Position numbers and translations under genes: made by a program. A stretch of DNA of 32,000 bases from the NCBI RefSeq assembly GCF_900604385.1, contig NZ_LR027382.1, forward strand, positions 1,708,218 to 1,740,217, in the 5' to 3' direction. Source of the stretch: Alistipes megaguti. GTDB lineage: Bacteria; Bacteroidota; Bacteroidia; Bacteroidales; Rikenellaceae. Below the pieces are notes generated by a model. The model saw nothing but the letters and a program-made list of their open reading frames with translations. It was not told the DNA's origin and searched no databases. Shown here in pieces: positions 15,907 to 26,156 of this stretch. How positions within the stretch are numbered: the stretch's first letter is position 1; each line of letters opens with the position of its first letter.

Positions 15907-16821
15907 ATGGATTATCAAACCAAACCGCAGTTTGTGGAGCCGGACCTGAAGGAGAATTGTTCTGCGGATTGTAGTAGTTGTCCTACCTTTCCGGCGCCCT
16001 TCCGGCGCGTCGGTGACTCCTCATACTGCCGGTTCTCGCAACTTACGTTCGCCGTCGGTGACGGCGTGACCTTCCCCGCCGATCGGATCGTGCGGATCCT
16101 CTTCGTCCTCTCCGGATCGCTCCGTCTGCAGCAGGGCGCCGACATGCTGCGGCTCGTCACCTCGAAACAGTGCGTCTGCCTGGCCCGCAACGAACAGATC
16201 GTCGCCACGGCTCAGGATGTCGAGACCCGCGTGGTGGTCCTCTCGCTCGTGCATCGTATCGAGTTCTGCGAACAGGACTTCTTCAACCGTCTCCCGCCCT
16301 CCGATTCGAAGATCCCTGCCGAAGCGGCCCCCATCCTCTCGATCCATCCGGCCATCGAGCAGCTGCTCGTCTCGTTCTTCGCCATCCCCCAGATGGTCGG
16401 CTGTGTCCGCTACCACCGCATGAAGACCTCCGAGCTTTTCATGATGATCAAGGTGCTCTATACGCCGACCGAACACGCCTATTTCTTCCAGGCGCTGGTG
16501 CAGCCGCGCGACAATTTCCGCCTCTTCATCTGCAACAACTACGAAAAGGCGCAGGGCGTTACGGAACTTGCCGCCCTGGCCGGCATGAGCCTGTCGGTCT
16601 TCAAGCGCCGCTTCGCCGAACATTTCAACGACAGCGTCTATCACTGGATGATGTCGCAGAAGGCCCAGAAGATCTACGCCGATATCCGCGACGGGGAGGA
16701 CAGCACCAAGGCGCTGATGAAAAAGTACGGCTTCCGCCACTACACGCAGTTCAGCCGTTTCTGCAAAAACTATCTGCAGGCCACTCCGGCGCAGTTGATC
16801 AGTTCGGTGCACAGCAAGTGA
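15907..16821 (+). CDS. AraC/XylS-family transcriptional regulator with Cys-rich N-terminus
   Basis: The C-terminal double HTH (...GVTELAALAGMSLSVFKRRFAEHF...YGFRHYTQFSRFCKNYLQATPAQL) is typical of AraC. The N-terminus contains C18-x3-C22-x2-C25. Confidence 0.8.
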   Translation: MDYQTKPQFVEPDLKENCSADCSSCPTFPAPFRRVGDSSYCRFSQLTFAVGDGVTFPADRIVRILFVLSGSLRLQQGADMLRLVTSKQCVCLARNEQIVATAQDVETRVVVLSLVHRIEFCEQDFFNRLPPSDSKIPAEAAPILSIHPAIEQLLVSFFAIPQMVGCVRYHRMKTSELFMMIKVLYTPTEHAYFFQALVQPRDNFRLFICNNYEKAQGVTELAALAGMSLSVFKRRFAEHFNDSVYHWMMSQKAQKIYADIRDGEDSTKALMKKYGFRHYTQFSRFCKNYLQATPAQLISSVHSK

Positions 16822-16913
16822 TGCGGCGGGGGCCGCGTGCTGCCGCCTCCGGGTGAGGCGTTTGTCGGTTGCGGAGGCCGTCGGGCGTGGAGACAGCGGG
16901 CTGCGGAGGCTGC

Positions 16914-16993
16914 CTGCTGAGCTGTCGGATATGGAGGCGGCCGGGCGAGGTTATGTCGGCTGCTGAGCTGTCGGATATGGAGACGGCCGGGCG
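16914..16993. repeat. 34-bp direct repeat, two copies with a 46-bp period
   Basis: CTGCTGAGCTGTCGGATATGGAG[G/A]CGGCCGGGCG at 16914-16947 and 16960-16993, with one mismatch. Confidence 0.75.
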
Positions 16994-17204
16994 CTTGTGC
17001 CGGAGACGCTACGCCGGGGCGGATTCTTCTTCGGACGGCGGGCGGGACAAAGAGTTTTCCTTTGAAGACGATATTTTTTGCCGAACGTGTTGCGTTATCC
17101 AAAACTTTTCCTATCTTTGCACCCGATTTCGCCCCCGTACCACAGACGCATGGGCGCCGTTCTTTGAGAAGAGTGAAAAAGTAAAAAATTTGTCAACGAA
17201 ATAT

Positions 17205-17235
17205 TTGGTCGATAAATTTTTTATGCCTACCTTTG
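17205..17235 (+). promoter_or_regulatory. Bacteroidetes-type promoter of the tRNA-tuf cluster
   Basis: TTTG (17205-17208), a 19-nt spacer, then TACCTTTG (17228-17235), about 23 nt upstream of tRNA-Thr. A second -7-like box TATCTTTG lies at 17112-17119. Confidence 0.5.
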
Positions 17236-17257
17236 CAATCCAAAACGGTAAATAATT

Positions 17258-17331
17258 GCCGATGTAGCTCAGTTGGCCAGAGCAGCTGATTTGTAATCAG
17301 CTGGTCGTGGGTTCGAATCCCTCCATCGGCT
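17258..17331 (+). tRNA. tRNA-Thr (anticodon TGT)
   Basis: Hand-folded cloverleaf GCCGATG...GCTGA-TTTGTAA-TCAGC...GTGGG-TTCGAAT-CCCTC-CATCGGC-T, 74 nt. Confidence 0.9.
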
Positions 17332-17423
17332 CGGAAGCCGATCCGAGGAGCCTCGCCGGACAGGAGATCCGGAGTGGGGCAGGTTACTGAGGCTCGGTTT
17401 TACATCGCGAAAGCGAAAAACTT

Positions 17424-17506
17424 GGGAAGTTACCAGAGTGGCCAAATGGGGCAGACTGTAAATCTGCTGGCGTACGCCTTCGGTGGTTCGAATCCATCAC
17501 TTCCCA
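17424..17506 (+). tRNA. tRNA-Tyr (anticodon GTA), long variable arm
   Basis: GGGAAGT...GCAGA-CTGTAAA-TCTGC-TGGCGTACGCCTTC-GGTGG-TTCGAAT-CCATC-ACTTCCC-A, 83 nt. The architecture is very similar to E. coli tRNA-Tyr. Confidence 0.9.
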
Positions 17507-17577
17507 CTCTATAGGAAAACCGATTGGAGCTCCGTCCGGCTGCATGCGGCAAGGCCACTCCGATACGGGATATTTTT

Positions 17578-17653
17578 GCGGAAGTAGCTCAGTTGATAGA
17601 GCATCAGCCTTCCAAGCTGAGGGTCGCGAGTTTGAGCCTCGTCTTCCGCTCCA
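17578..17653 (+). tRNA. tRNA-Gly (anticodon TCC), CCA encoded
   Basis: GCGGAAG-TA-GCTC-AGTTGATA-GAGC-A-TCAGC-CTTCCAA-GCTGA-GGGTC-GCGAG-TTTGAGC-CTCGT-CTTCCGC-T-CCA, 76 nt. Confidence 0.9.
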
Positions 17654-17784
17654 ACGCAAGCAGCGTGTGATGCAAAAATCCGGTTCGAGGACCGGAGGTT
17701 TGTGTCGCCCGCTTGTTCTGCGGAATAAGGATGAATTTTAAAACTTGAAGTAATTTTTAACAATACTTTAAAATACTTAATACT

Positions 17785-18972
<1,188 letters not shown>

Positions 18973-19026
18973 CAAGGATCTATCCCCGATATTACGGAGG
19001 CGGTGCTCACCGCGCCGCCTCTTCTT

Positions 19027-19100
19027 AGGAGCATAGTTCAAGGGTAGAATAGCGGTCTCCAAAACCGTTGATGGGAGTTCGAATCTCTCTGCTCCTGCCA
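19027..19100 (+). tRNA. tRNA-Trp (anticodon CCA)
   Basis: AGGAGCA...GCGGT-CTCCAAA-ACCGT...GGGAG-TTCGAAT-CTCTC-TGCTCCT-G-CCA, in the conserved position between tuf and secE. Confidence 0.9.
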
Positions 19101-19119
19101 GAAAGCAAACGAAAGAGTT

Positions 19120-19317
19120 ATGTTCAACTACTTTAAAGAGTCCTACAACGAGCTTGTTCACAAGGTGACGTGGCCCACGTTCCCGCAGCTCCAGAGCTCA
19201 ACGATCGTCGTGATGGTGGCTTCGGTCATCTTCGCTATTGTCGTGCTGGCCATGGACCTTACGTTCGAGAACCTCATGGCCGTTATCTACAAGACCCTGG
19301 GAAATCTCGGTCGTTAA
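19120..19317 (+). CDS. secE: Preprotein translocase subunit SecE
   Basis: 65 aa with a single TM helix. The YFKESYNELVHKVTWPT motif and the position upstream of nusG fit SecE. Confidence 0.9.
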   Translation: MFNYFKESYNELVHKVTWPTFPQLQSSTIVVMVASVIFAIVVLAMDLTFENLMAVIYKTLGNLGR

Positions 19318-19334
19318 TAGTCTGTAGTTAGAAA

Positions 19335-19895
19335 ATGAGCGAGATTAAGAAACAGTGGTATGTAGTCCGTGCCATTGGCGGCAAGGAGGCGAAGGTCAAA
19401 GAGTACATCGAAGCCGAAGTTCGCCACAACCACCTCGAGGACTATATTTCCCAGGTGCTGATCCCCACCGAGAAGGTCTATACGATCCGCAACGGTAAGA
19501 AGGTCTCCAAGGAGAAGGTTTCTTACCCGGGTTACGTGTTGGTGGAGGCGGCCTTCGTAGGACAGATTCCCATTCTGATTCGTAATACTCCCAATGTGCT
19601 GGGTTTCCTGGGCGATACCAAGGAGGACAGCCGGAAGATGATTGCAACCCCTCTCCGTCCACAGGAGGTGGCCCGCATCCTCGGTCGCGTCGACGAAATG
19701 AACGCCATGGAGGAGGAAAACGAAATACCATTCTTTGTCGGCGAGACCGTCAAGGTTACGGACGGTCCTTTCTCGAGCTTCCAAGGTACTATCGAGGCAG
19801 TCGACAACGAGCGCAAGAAACTCACGGTATCGGTGAAGATATTCGGGCGCAAAACTCCTATGGAGTTGGGTTTCACACAAGTTGAAAAAGAATAA
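19335..19895 (+). CDS. nusG: Transcription termination/antitermination factor NusG
   Basis: KQWYVVRAIGGKEAKV (NGN domain) and a C-terminal KOW (GETVKVTDGPFSSFQGTIEAVD). Conserved synteny. Confidence 0.95.
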   Translation: MSEIKKQWYVVRAIGGKEAKVKEYIEAEVRHNHLEDYISQVLIPTEKVYTIRNGKKVSKEKVSYPGYVLVEAAFVGQIPILIRNTPNVLGFLGDTKEDSRKMIATPLRPQEVARILGRVDEMNAMEEENEIPFFVGETVKVTDGPFSSFQGTIEAVDNERKKLTVSVKIFGRKTPMELGFTQVEKE

Positions 19896-19911
19896 TTAAC
19901 CAAGGAAAACT

Positions 19912-20352
19912 ATGGCAAAAGAGGTTGCTGCATTTATTAAATTGCAGATCAAAGGTGGTGCCGCCAATCCTTCGCCCCCGGTTGGTCCCGCGTTGGGTTC
20001 CAAGGGAGTCAATATCATGGACTTCTGCAAGCAATTCAACGCGCGTACGCAGGACAAGGCGGGCAAGGTCCTGCCGGTGATCATCACCGTTTACAGCGAC
20101 AAGTCTTTCGAGTTCGTTGTAAAACAGCCGCCCGTAGCCGTCCAGCTGAAGGAAGCTGCCAAGATCAAGAGCGGTTCGGCTCAGCCCAACCGTACGAAGG
20201 TCGCTCAGGTCACTTGGGATCAGGTCCGCGAGATCGCTCAGGACAAGATGGCCGACATGAACTGCTTTACGCTGGAATCCGCTATGCGCATGGTAGCCGG
20301 TACCGCTCGCAGTATGGGTATCAGTGTCGTCGGAGAATTTCCTAACTTGTAA
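19912..20352 (+). CDS. rplK: 50S ribosomal protein L11
   Basis: [39 protein letters not shown] is the L11 signature. Confidence 0.97.
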   Translation: MAKEVAAFIKLQIKGGAANPSPPVGPALGSKGVNIMDFCKQFNARTQDKAGKVLPVIITVYSDKSFEFVVKQPPVAVQLKEAAKIKSGSAQPNRTKVAQVTWDQVREIAQDKMADMNCFTLESAMRMVAGTARSMGISVVGEFPNL

Positions 20353-20364
20353 TGACAGAAGAAG

Positions 20365-21063
20365 ATGAGTAAGTTGACAAAAAATCAAAAGATCGCCTAC
20401 GCAAAGGTGGAAGCCCGCAAGGCTTACAAACTGCCCGAGGCCGCCGCTCTTCTGAAGGAAATTACGTTCACGAAATTCGATGCTTCCGTTGATATCGACG
20501 TTCGTCTGGGTGTAGACCCCCGCAAGGCCAATCAGATGGTCCGCGGCGTGGTGACGCTGCCTCACGGTACGGGCAAGACCGTTCGCGTGCTGGTGCTCTG
20601 CTCCCCCGAGAAGGAGGCTGAGGCAAAGGCTGCCGGAGCCGATTTCGTAGGTCTGGACGAGTTCGTCGACAAGATCAAGGGCGGTTGGACCGACGTTGAC
20701 GTGATCATCTGTACTCCCAATGTGATGGGTAAGGTGGGAGCCCTGGGCCGTATCCTCGGTCCGCGCGGCCTGATGCCGAACCCCAAGACCGGTACGGTGA
20801 CGATGGAGGTCGGAAAAGCCGTCAGCGAGGTGAAGGCCGGCAAGATCGACTTTAAGGTTGACAAGTTCGGTATCATCCACACCACGGTAGGCAAGATCTC
20901 GTTCACGGCCGAGCAGATCGTCGAAAACGCCAAGGAGGTGCTCAACACGATCATCAAGCTCAAGCCGGCCGCTGCCAAAGGTTCTTATGTGAAGAGTATC
21001 TATCTCTCGACCACGATGAGCCCCGGCGTGCAGATTGATGCCAAATCAGTAGAAACCAAATAA
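20365..21063 (+). CDS. rplA: 50S ribosomal protein L1
   Basis: ...[32 protein letters not shown]... is the L1 signature. 232 aa. Confidence 0.97.
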   Translation: MSKLTKNQKIAYAKVEARKAYKLPEAAALLKEITFTKFDASVDIDVRLGVDPRKANQMVRGVVTLPHGTGKTVRVLVLCSPEKEAEAKAAGADFVGLDEFVDKIKGGWTDVDVIICTPNVMGKVGALGRILGPRGLMPNPKTGTVTMEVGKAVSEVKAGKIDFKVDKFGIIHTTVGKISFTAEQIVENAKEVLNTIIKLKPAAAKGSYVKSIYLSTTMSPGVQIDAKSVETK

Positions 21064-21080
21064 CAGGGAGGATAACAGAG

Positions 21081-21605
21081 ATGACTAAGGAAGAAAAACT
21101 GGTTGTAATCAACAGCCTCGCCGAGCAGCTCCAGGCTTATCCTCACTTCTACATCGCCGACATCGAGTCGCTCAACGCCGAGCAGACCGCTGCCCTGCGC
21201 CGCAAGTGTTTCGAGAGCGATGTGAAGCTGGTGGTCGTCAAGAACACGCTCCTGGGCAAAGCCCTCGAGAAGGTGGAGAAGGCCGATGCTGATCTGGTAA
21301 AAGTATTGGAGGGTCCTACCTCGATCATGTTCGCCAATGTGGCCAAAGCCCCGGCGGTGCTGATCAAGGAGTTCCGCAAGAAGTCCGAGAAACCCGTCCT
21401 GAAGGCCGCTTTCGCCGAGGGATGCGTCTACATCGGCGACGACAAGCTGGACGCCCTCTGCAACATCAAGAGCAAGGAGGAACTTATCGCAGACGTTATC
21501 GCCCTGCTTCAGTCCCCGGCCAAGAATGTTATTTCTGCATTGCAGGCTAATGCAGGCCAAAAGATTGCGGGCCTCGTGAAGACGCTCGAATCGAGAAACA
21601 ACTAA
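21081..21605 (+). CDS. rplJ: 50S ribosomal protein L10
   Basis: 174 aa, located between rplA and rplL, with an L10-like sequence (...[19 protein letters not shown]...). Confidence 0.93.
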   Translation: MTKEEKLVVINSLAEQLQAYPHFYIADIESLNAEQTAALRRKCFESDVKLVVVKNTLLGKALEKVEKADADLVKVLEGPTSIMFANVAKAPAVLIKEFRKKSEKPVLKAAFAEGCVYIGDDKLDALCNIKSKEELIADVIALLQSPAKNVISALQANAGQKIAGLVKTLESRNN

Positions 21606-21648
21606 TTTCACAAACAAGAATCAAAAACAAATTAATAAGCTTACTATT

Positions 21649-22026
21649 ATGGCAGACGTAAAGAAACTCGCTGAAGAACTGGTAAACCTGAAGGTTACCG
21701 AGGTTAACGAACTCGCTCAGATCCTCAAGGAGGAGTATGGCATTGAGCCGGCTGCTGCCGCTGTTGCCGTTGCAGCTCCCGCTGCAGGTGCCGGTGAGGC
21801 CGCTGCTGCCGAGAAGTCGACTTTCGACGTGATCCTGAAGAACGCCGGCCAGGCCAAACTCCAGGTAATCAAGGCCGTTAAGGACATCGCAGGCCTGTCG
21901 CTGGGCGATGCAAAGGCACTCGTTGACGGTGCTCCGAAGGCCGTGAAGGAGGGTGTTTCCAAGGAAGAGGCTGAGCAGATCAAGGGCCAGCTCGAGGAGG
22001 CAGGTGCTGAAGTTGAGCTCAAGTAG
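21649..22026 (+). CDS. rplL: 50S ribosomal protein L7/L12
   Basis: N-terminal dimerisation helix, an Ala-rich hinge, and a C-terminal domain [53 protein letters not shown]. Confidence 0.97.
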   Translation: MADVKKLAEELVNLKVTEVNELAQILKEEYGIEPAAAAVAVAAPAAGAGEAAAAEKSTFDVILKNAGQAKLQVIKAVKDIAGLSLGDAKALVDGAPKAVKEGVSKEEAEQIKGQLEEAGAEVELK

Positions 22027-22058
22027 CATTGCTGCTTAAGCCGCATAACACACGAACA

Positions 22059-22099
22059 GGTATAGGGCTTACCACTGTGTAGGCTCTATGCCTTTTCTT
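22059..22099 (+). terminator. Hairpin plus T-run in the rplL-rpoB spacer (partial terminator / attenuator candidate)
   Basis: GGTATAGGGC (22059-22068) pairs with GCTCTATGCC (22083-22092), giving 10 bp with 2 G-U pairs, followed by TTTTCTT. Two further perfect hairpins follow at 22105-22144 and 22153-22192. Confidence 0.5.
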
Positions 22100-22259
22100 G
22101 GTCTAAAGACTGGAAGTGCCGAGTAGGAGCTGTGTCCAGTCTTTGGCGGATGAATGCTCCCGGGGCGCGGATTGCCCTTCGTCGGGAGCATTGCCGGGAT
22201 AATACCCGCACATTTTGGGGAGCGTAACCCATTACAAGTCAACTAATTTGGATTTTACG

Positions 22260-25200
22260 ATGTCCGCAGCAAAAACACAACAGAGAATTAGCTTTTCCAC
22301 GGTCAAGAACCGGGTTCCGTATCCGGATCTGCTGGAGGTTCAGCTTAAATCATTCCGGGACTTTTTCCAGATGGACACCACGGCCGAAAACCGTAAGAAC
22401 GAGGGACTCTACAAGGTCTTTCAGGAAAATTTCCCCATTACGGATACCCGGAACAACTTCGTTCTGGAGTTTATCGACTACTATATCGACCCGCCCCGCT
22501 ACTCGATCGAGGAGTGTCTCGAGCGCGGACTCACATACAGCGTGCCCCTCAAGGCAAAACTGAAACTCTACTGCACGGACGATGAGCACGAGGATTTCGG
22601 CGTCGTAGTCCAGGACGTCTATTTCGGTACGATCCCCTACATGACCGAGCGCGGTACGTTCGTCATCAACGGTGCCGAGCGCGTCATTGTCTCGCAGCTG
22701 CACCGTTCGCCCGGTGTCTTCTTCGGGCAGAGCATGCACACCAACGGTACGAAGCTCTATTCGGCGCGTATCATTCCGTTCAAGGGTTCGTGGATCGAGT
22801 TCGCCACGGACATCAACAACGTGATGTACGCCTACATCGACCGCAAGAAGAAGCTGCCCGTCACGACGCTGCTGCGCGCCATCGGCTATGAGGCCGACCA
22901 GCAGATCCTCGAGATCTTCGACCTGGCCGACGCAGTGAAGGTCACGAAGGCCAACCTGAAGAAGGCCGTAGGCCGCAAGCTGGCTGCACGCGTGCTCTCG
23001 ACCTGGGTCGAGGACTTCGTCGACGAGGATACCGGCGAGGTGGTCTCGATCGAGCGTAACAACGTGATCGTCGACCGCGAGACGGTGCTCCAGGAGGAGG
23101 ACATCGACAAGATCATCGAAAGCGGCGCCAAGACCATTCTGCTGCACAAGGAGAACCAGTCGGGCATCGACTTCTCGATCATCTACAACACCCTTCAGAA
23201 AGACCCCTGCAACTCCGAAAAGGAGGCTGTGGTTTACATATACAGGCAGTTGCGCGCCTCGGAGCCGCCCGATGAGGCCACGGCCCGCGACGTGATCGAG
23301 AAGCTCTTCTTCTCGGACAAGCGCTACGACCTGGGCGACGTGGGCCGCTACCGCATCAACAAGAAGCTGGGTCTGGACATCGACCCGGCGATCCGTACGT
23401 TGACGCGCGAGGACATCATCGCCATCATCAAATACCTGATCCAGCTGATCAACTCGAAGGCCGACGTCGACGATATCGACCACCTGTCGAACCGTCGCGT
23501 GCGTACGGTCGGCGAGCAGCTCTCGAACCAGTTCTCGGTGGGCTTCGTGCGTATGGCACGGACGATCCGCGAACGGATGAACGTGCGCGACAACGAGGTC
23601 TTCACGCCGGTGGACCTGATCAACGCCAAGACCCTCTCGTCGGTGATCAACTCCTTCTTCGGCACCTCGCAGCTCTCGCAGTTCATGGACCAGATCAACC
23701 CGCTGGCCGAAATCACCCACAAGCGCCGTCTGTCGGCCCTGGGTCCCGGCGGTCTGTCGCGTGACCGCGCCGGTTTCGAGGTCCGCGACGTGCACTACAC
23801 CCACTACGGACGTCTCTGCCCGATCGAGTCGCCGGAAGGCCCGAACATCGGTCTGATCTCGTCGCTGTGCGTCTATGCGCGCATCTCGCCCATGGGCTTC
23901 ATCGAGACGCCCTACCGCACGGTCGAGAACGGAAAGGTCGATCTGGACAACTCCCACATCCGCTACTATTCGGCCGAGGAGGAGGAGGGCAAGATCGTGG
24001 CCCAGTCGAACGTGCCGCTCGGTGACGACGGTTCGTTCCTGCAGCCCGACCGCGTGAAGGCGCGTGAGGGTGCCGACTTCCCGGTAGTGACGGCCAACGA
24101 GATCAACCTCATGGACGTGGCCCCGAACCAGATCGCCTCGATCGCCGCCAGCCTGATCCCCTTCCTGGAGCACGACGACGCCAACCGTGCCCTGATGGGA
24201 TCGAACATGATGCGCCAGGCCGTGCCCCTGGTGACGTGCGAAGCCCCGATCGTCGGCACGGGTATCGAGAAGGACATGATTCCGGACAGCCGCATCCAGA
24301 TCGTTGCCGAAGGCGACGGCGAGGTGGTCTTCGCCGATGCGACGAAGATCCAGATCCGCTACGAGCGTACGGAGGACGAGATCCTCGTGTCGTTCGCGCC
24401 GGAGATCACGACCTACGAACTGCCGCGCTACCGCCGTACGAACCAGAATACCTCGGTGACGCTCAAGCCTACGGTGCTGACGGGCGACCATGTGACCAAG
24501 GGTCAGATCATCACCGAAGGTTACTCGACGCAGAACGGCGAACTGGCCCTGGGCCGCAACCTGAAGGTGGCCTACATGCCCTGGAAGGGTTACAACTTCG
24601 AGGATGCCATCGTGATCTCGGAGCGTATCCAGCGTGAGGATATCTTCACGTCGGTACACGTCGACGAGTATATCATGGAGGTGCGCGATACGAAGCGCGG
24701 TGTCGAGGAGCTGACGTCGGACATCCCGAACGTCTCGGAGGATGCCACGAAGGACCTGGATGCCAACGGTATCGTCCGCGTGGGCGCCAACATCCACCCG
24801 GGAGACATCCTCATCGGCAAGATCACCCCGAAGGGCGAGAGCGATCCTTCGCCCGAGGAGAAGCTGCTGCGTGCGATCTTCGGCGACAAGGCCGGCGATG
24901 TGAAGGATGCTTCGCTCAAGGCCCAGCCCTCGCTGCACGGCGTGGTGATCGACACGAAGCTCTACAGCCGCGCCAACAAGGACGGCAAGAAGAGCAAGAG
25001 CGCCGAAAAGGCCCAGCTGGACAAACTCGACGAGAAGTTCGCAGCCGAAGTTTCGGAACTGACCAAGCGTCTGGTCGGCAAGTTGTGGACGCTGCTCCAG
25101 GGCAAGACCACCACGGGCATTACCGACTATTACGGCGTGGAGCTCTACCCGGCCGGCACGAAATTCTCGCAGAAGATGTTCGAGGAGATCGCCCGCAAGT

Positions 25201-26120
25201 CCTCGGACGAGAAGACCGGTGTGGAGATGGGTTATCTGAACCTCGGATCGTGCAACTGGACCGGCGATGCGCATGTCGATTCGCTGATCGAGGCCACGGT
25301 CAACAACTATACGATCGAGTGGAAGAAGGCCGATGCCGCCATCAAGCGTGAGAAGTACAACTTCACCAACGGCGACGAACTGCCCCAGACGGGCGTCATC
25401 CAGATGGCCAAGGTCTACATCGCCAAGAAGCGTAAGCTGAAGGTGGGTGACAAGATGGCCGGACGTCACGGTAACAAGGGTATCGTGGCCAAGATCGTGC
25501 GCGACGAGGACATGCCGTTCCTCGAGGACGGAACGATCGTCGACATCTGTCTGAACCCGCTGGGCGTGCCTTCGCGAATGAACCTGGGTCAGATCTACGA
25601 GGCCGTGCTCGGCTGGGCCGGCCGCGAGCTGGGCGTGAAGTTCGCTACGCCGATCTTCGACGGCGCCTCGCTCGAGCAGATCAACGACTACACGGCGCAG
25701 GCCGGTTTGCCCCACAGCGGCCGTACGTACCTCTACGACGGCGGCACGGGCGAGCGCTTCGACCAGCCGGCTACGGTGGGCGTGACCTACATGCTCAAAC
25801 TGGGCCACATGATCGACGACAAGATGCACGCCCGTTCGATCGGTCCCTACTCGCTCATCACGCAGCAGCCGCTGGGCGGTAAGGCACAGTTCGGTGGCCA
25901 GCGTTTCGGAGAGATGGAGGTCTGGGCGCTCGAGGGATTCGGCGCCGCCAACATTCTGCAGGAGATCCTGACCATCAAGTCCGACGACGTCACGGGCCGC
26001 GCCAAGGCTTACGAGGCCATCGTCAAGGGCGAGAATCTGCCCAAACCCGGTATTCCGGAGGCCATGAACGTCCTGCTGCACGAGCTGCGCGGTCTGGCTC
26101 TCTCGGTGAAACTCGAGTAA
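22260..26120 (+). CDS. rpoB: DNA-directed RNA polymerase subunit beta
   Basis: Start trimmed to [32 protein letters not shown]. Conserved blocks are present ([52 protein letters not shown]). 1286 aa. Confidence 0.97.
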   Translation: MSAAKTQQRISFSTVKNRVPYPDLLEVQLKSFRDFFQMDTTAENRKNEGLYKVFQENFPITDTRNNFVLEFIDYYIDPPRYSIEECLERGLTYSVPLKAKLKLYCTDDEHEDFGVVVQDVYFGTIPYMTERGTFVINGAERVIVSQLHRSPGVFFGQSMHTNGTKLYSARIIPFKGSWIEFATDINNVMYAYIDRKKKLPVTTLLRAIGYEADQQILEIFDLADAVKVTKANLKKAVGRKLAARVLSTWVEDFVDEDTGEVVSIERNNVIVDRETVLQEEDIDKIIESGAKTILLHKENQSGIDFSIIYNTLQKDPCNSEKEAVVYIYRQLRASEPPDEATARDVIEKLFFSDKRYDLGDVGRYRINKKLGLDIDPAIRTLTREDIIAIIKYLIQLINSKADVDDIDHLSNRRVRTVGEQLSNQFSVGFVRMARTIRERMNVRDNEVFTPVDLINAKTLSSVINSFFGTSQLSQFMDQINPLAEITHKRRLSALGPGGLSRDRAGFEVRDVHYTHYGRLCPIESPEGPNIGLISSLCVYARISPMGFIETPYRTVENGKVDLDNSHIRYYSAEEEEGKIVAQSNVPLGDDGSFLQPDRVKAREGADFPVVTANEINLMDVAPNQIASIAASLIPFLEHDDANRALMGSNMMRQAVPLVTCEAPIVGTGIEKDMIPDSRIQIVAEGDGEVVFADATKIQIRYERTEDEILVSFAPEITTYELPRYRRTNQNTSVTLKPTVLTGDHVTKGQIITEGYSTQNGELALGRNLKVAYMPWKGYNFEDAIVISERIQREDIFTSVHVDEYIMEVRDTKRGVEELTSDIPNVSEDATKDLDANGIVRVGANIHPGDILIGKITPKGESDPSPEEKLLRAIFGDKAGDVKDASLKAQPSLHGVVIDTKLYSRANKDGKKSKSAEKAQLDKLDEKFAAEVSELTKRLVGKLWTLLQGKTTTGITDYYGVELYPAGTKFSQKMFEEIARKSSDEKTGVEMGYLNLGSCNWTGDAHVDSLIEATVNNYTIEWKKADAAIKREKYNFTNGDELPQTGVIQMAKVYIAKKRKLKVGDKMAGRHGNKGIVAKIVRDEDMPFLEDGTIVDICLNPLGVPSRMNLGQIYEAVLGWAGRELGVKFATPIFDGASLEQINDYTAQAGLPHSGRTYLYDGGTGERFDQPATVGVTYMLKLGHMIDDKMHARSIGPYSLITQQPLGGKAQFGGQRFGEMEVWALEGFGAANILQEILTIKSDDVTGRAKAYEAIVKGENLPKPGIPEAMNVLLHELRGLALSVKLE

Positions 26121-26156
26121 GGTTTGTTTAAGAGGATAAGATAAACGAAAACAGAT

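Noticed and set aside
16869-17255. 128-aa plus-strand ORF between the AraC gene and tRNA-Thr
   Set aside because: It starts at a non-ATG codon, runs through the 34-bp direct repeats and both -7 promoter boxes of the tRNA cluster, and its composition switches from GC-rich to AT-rich mid-ORF.
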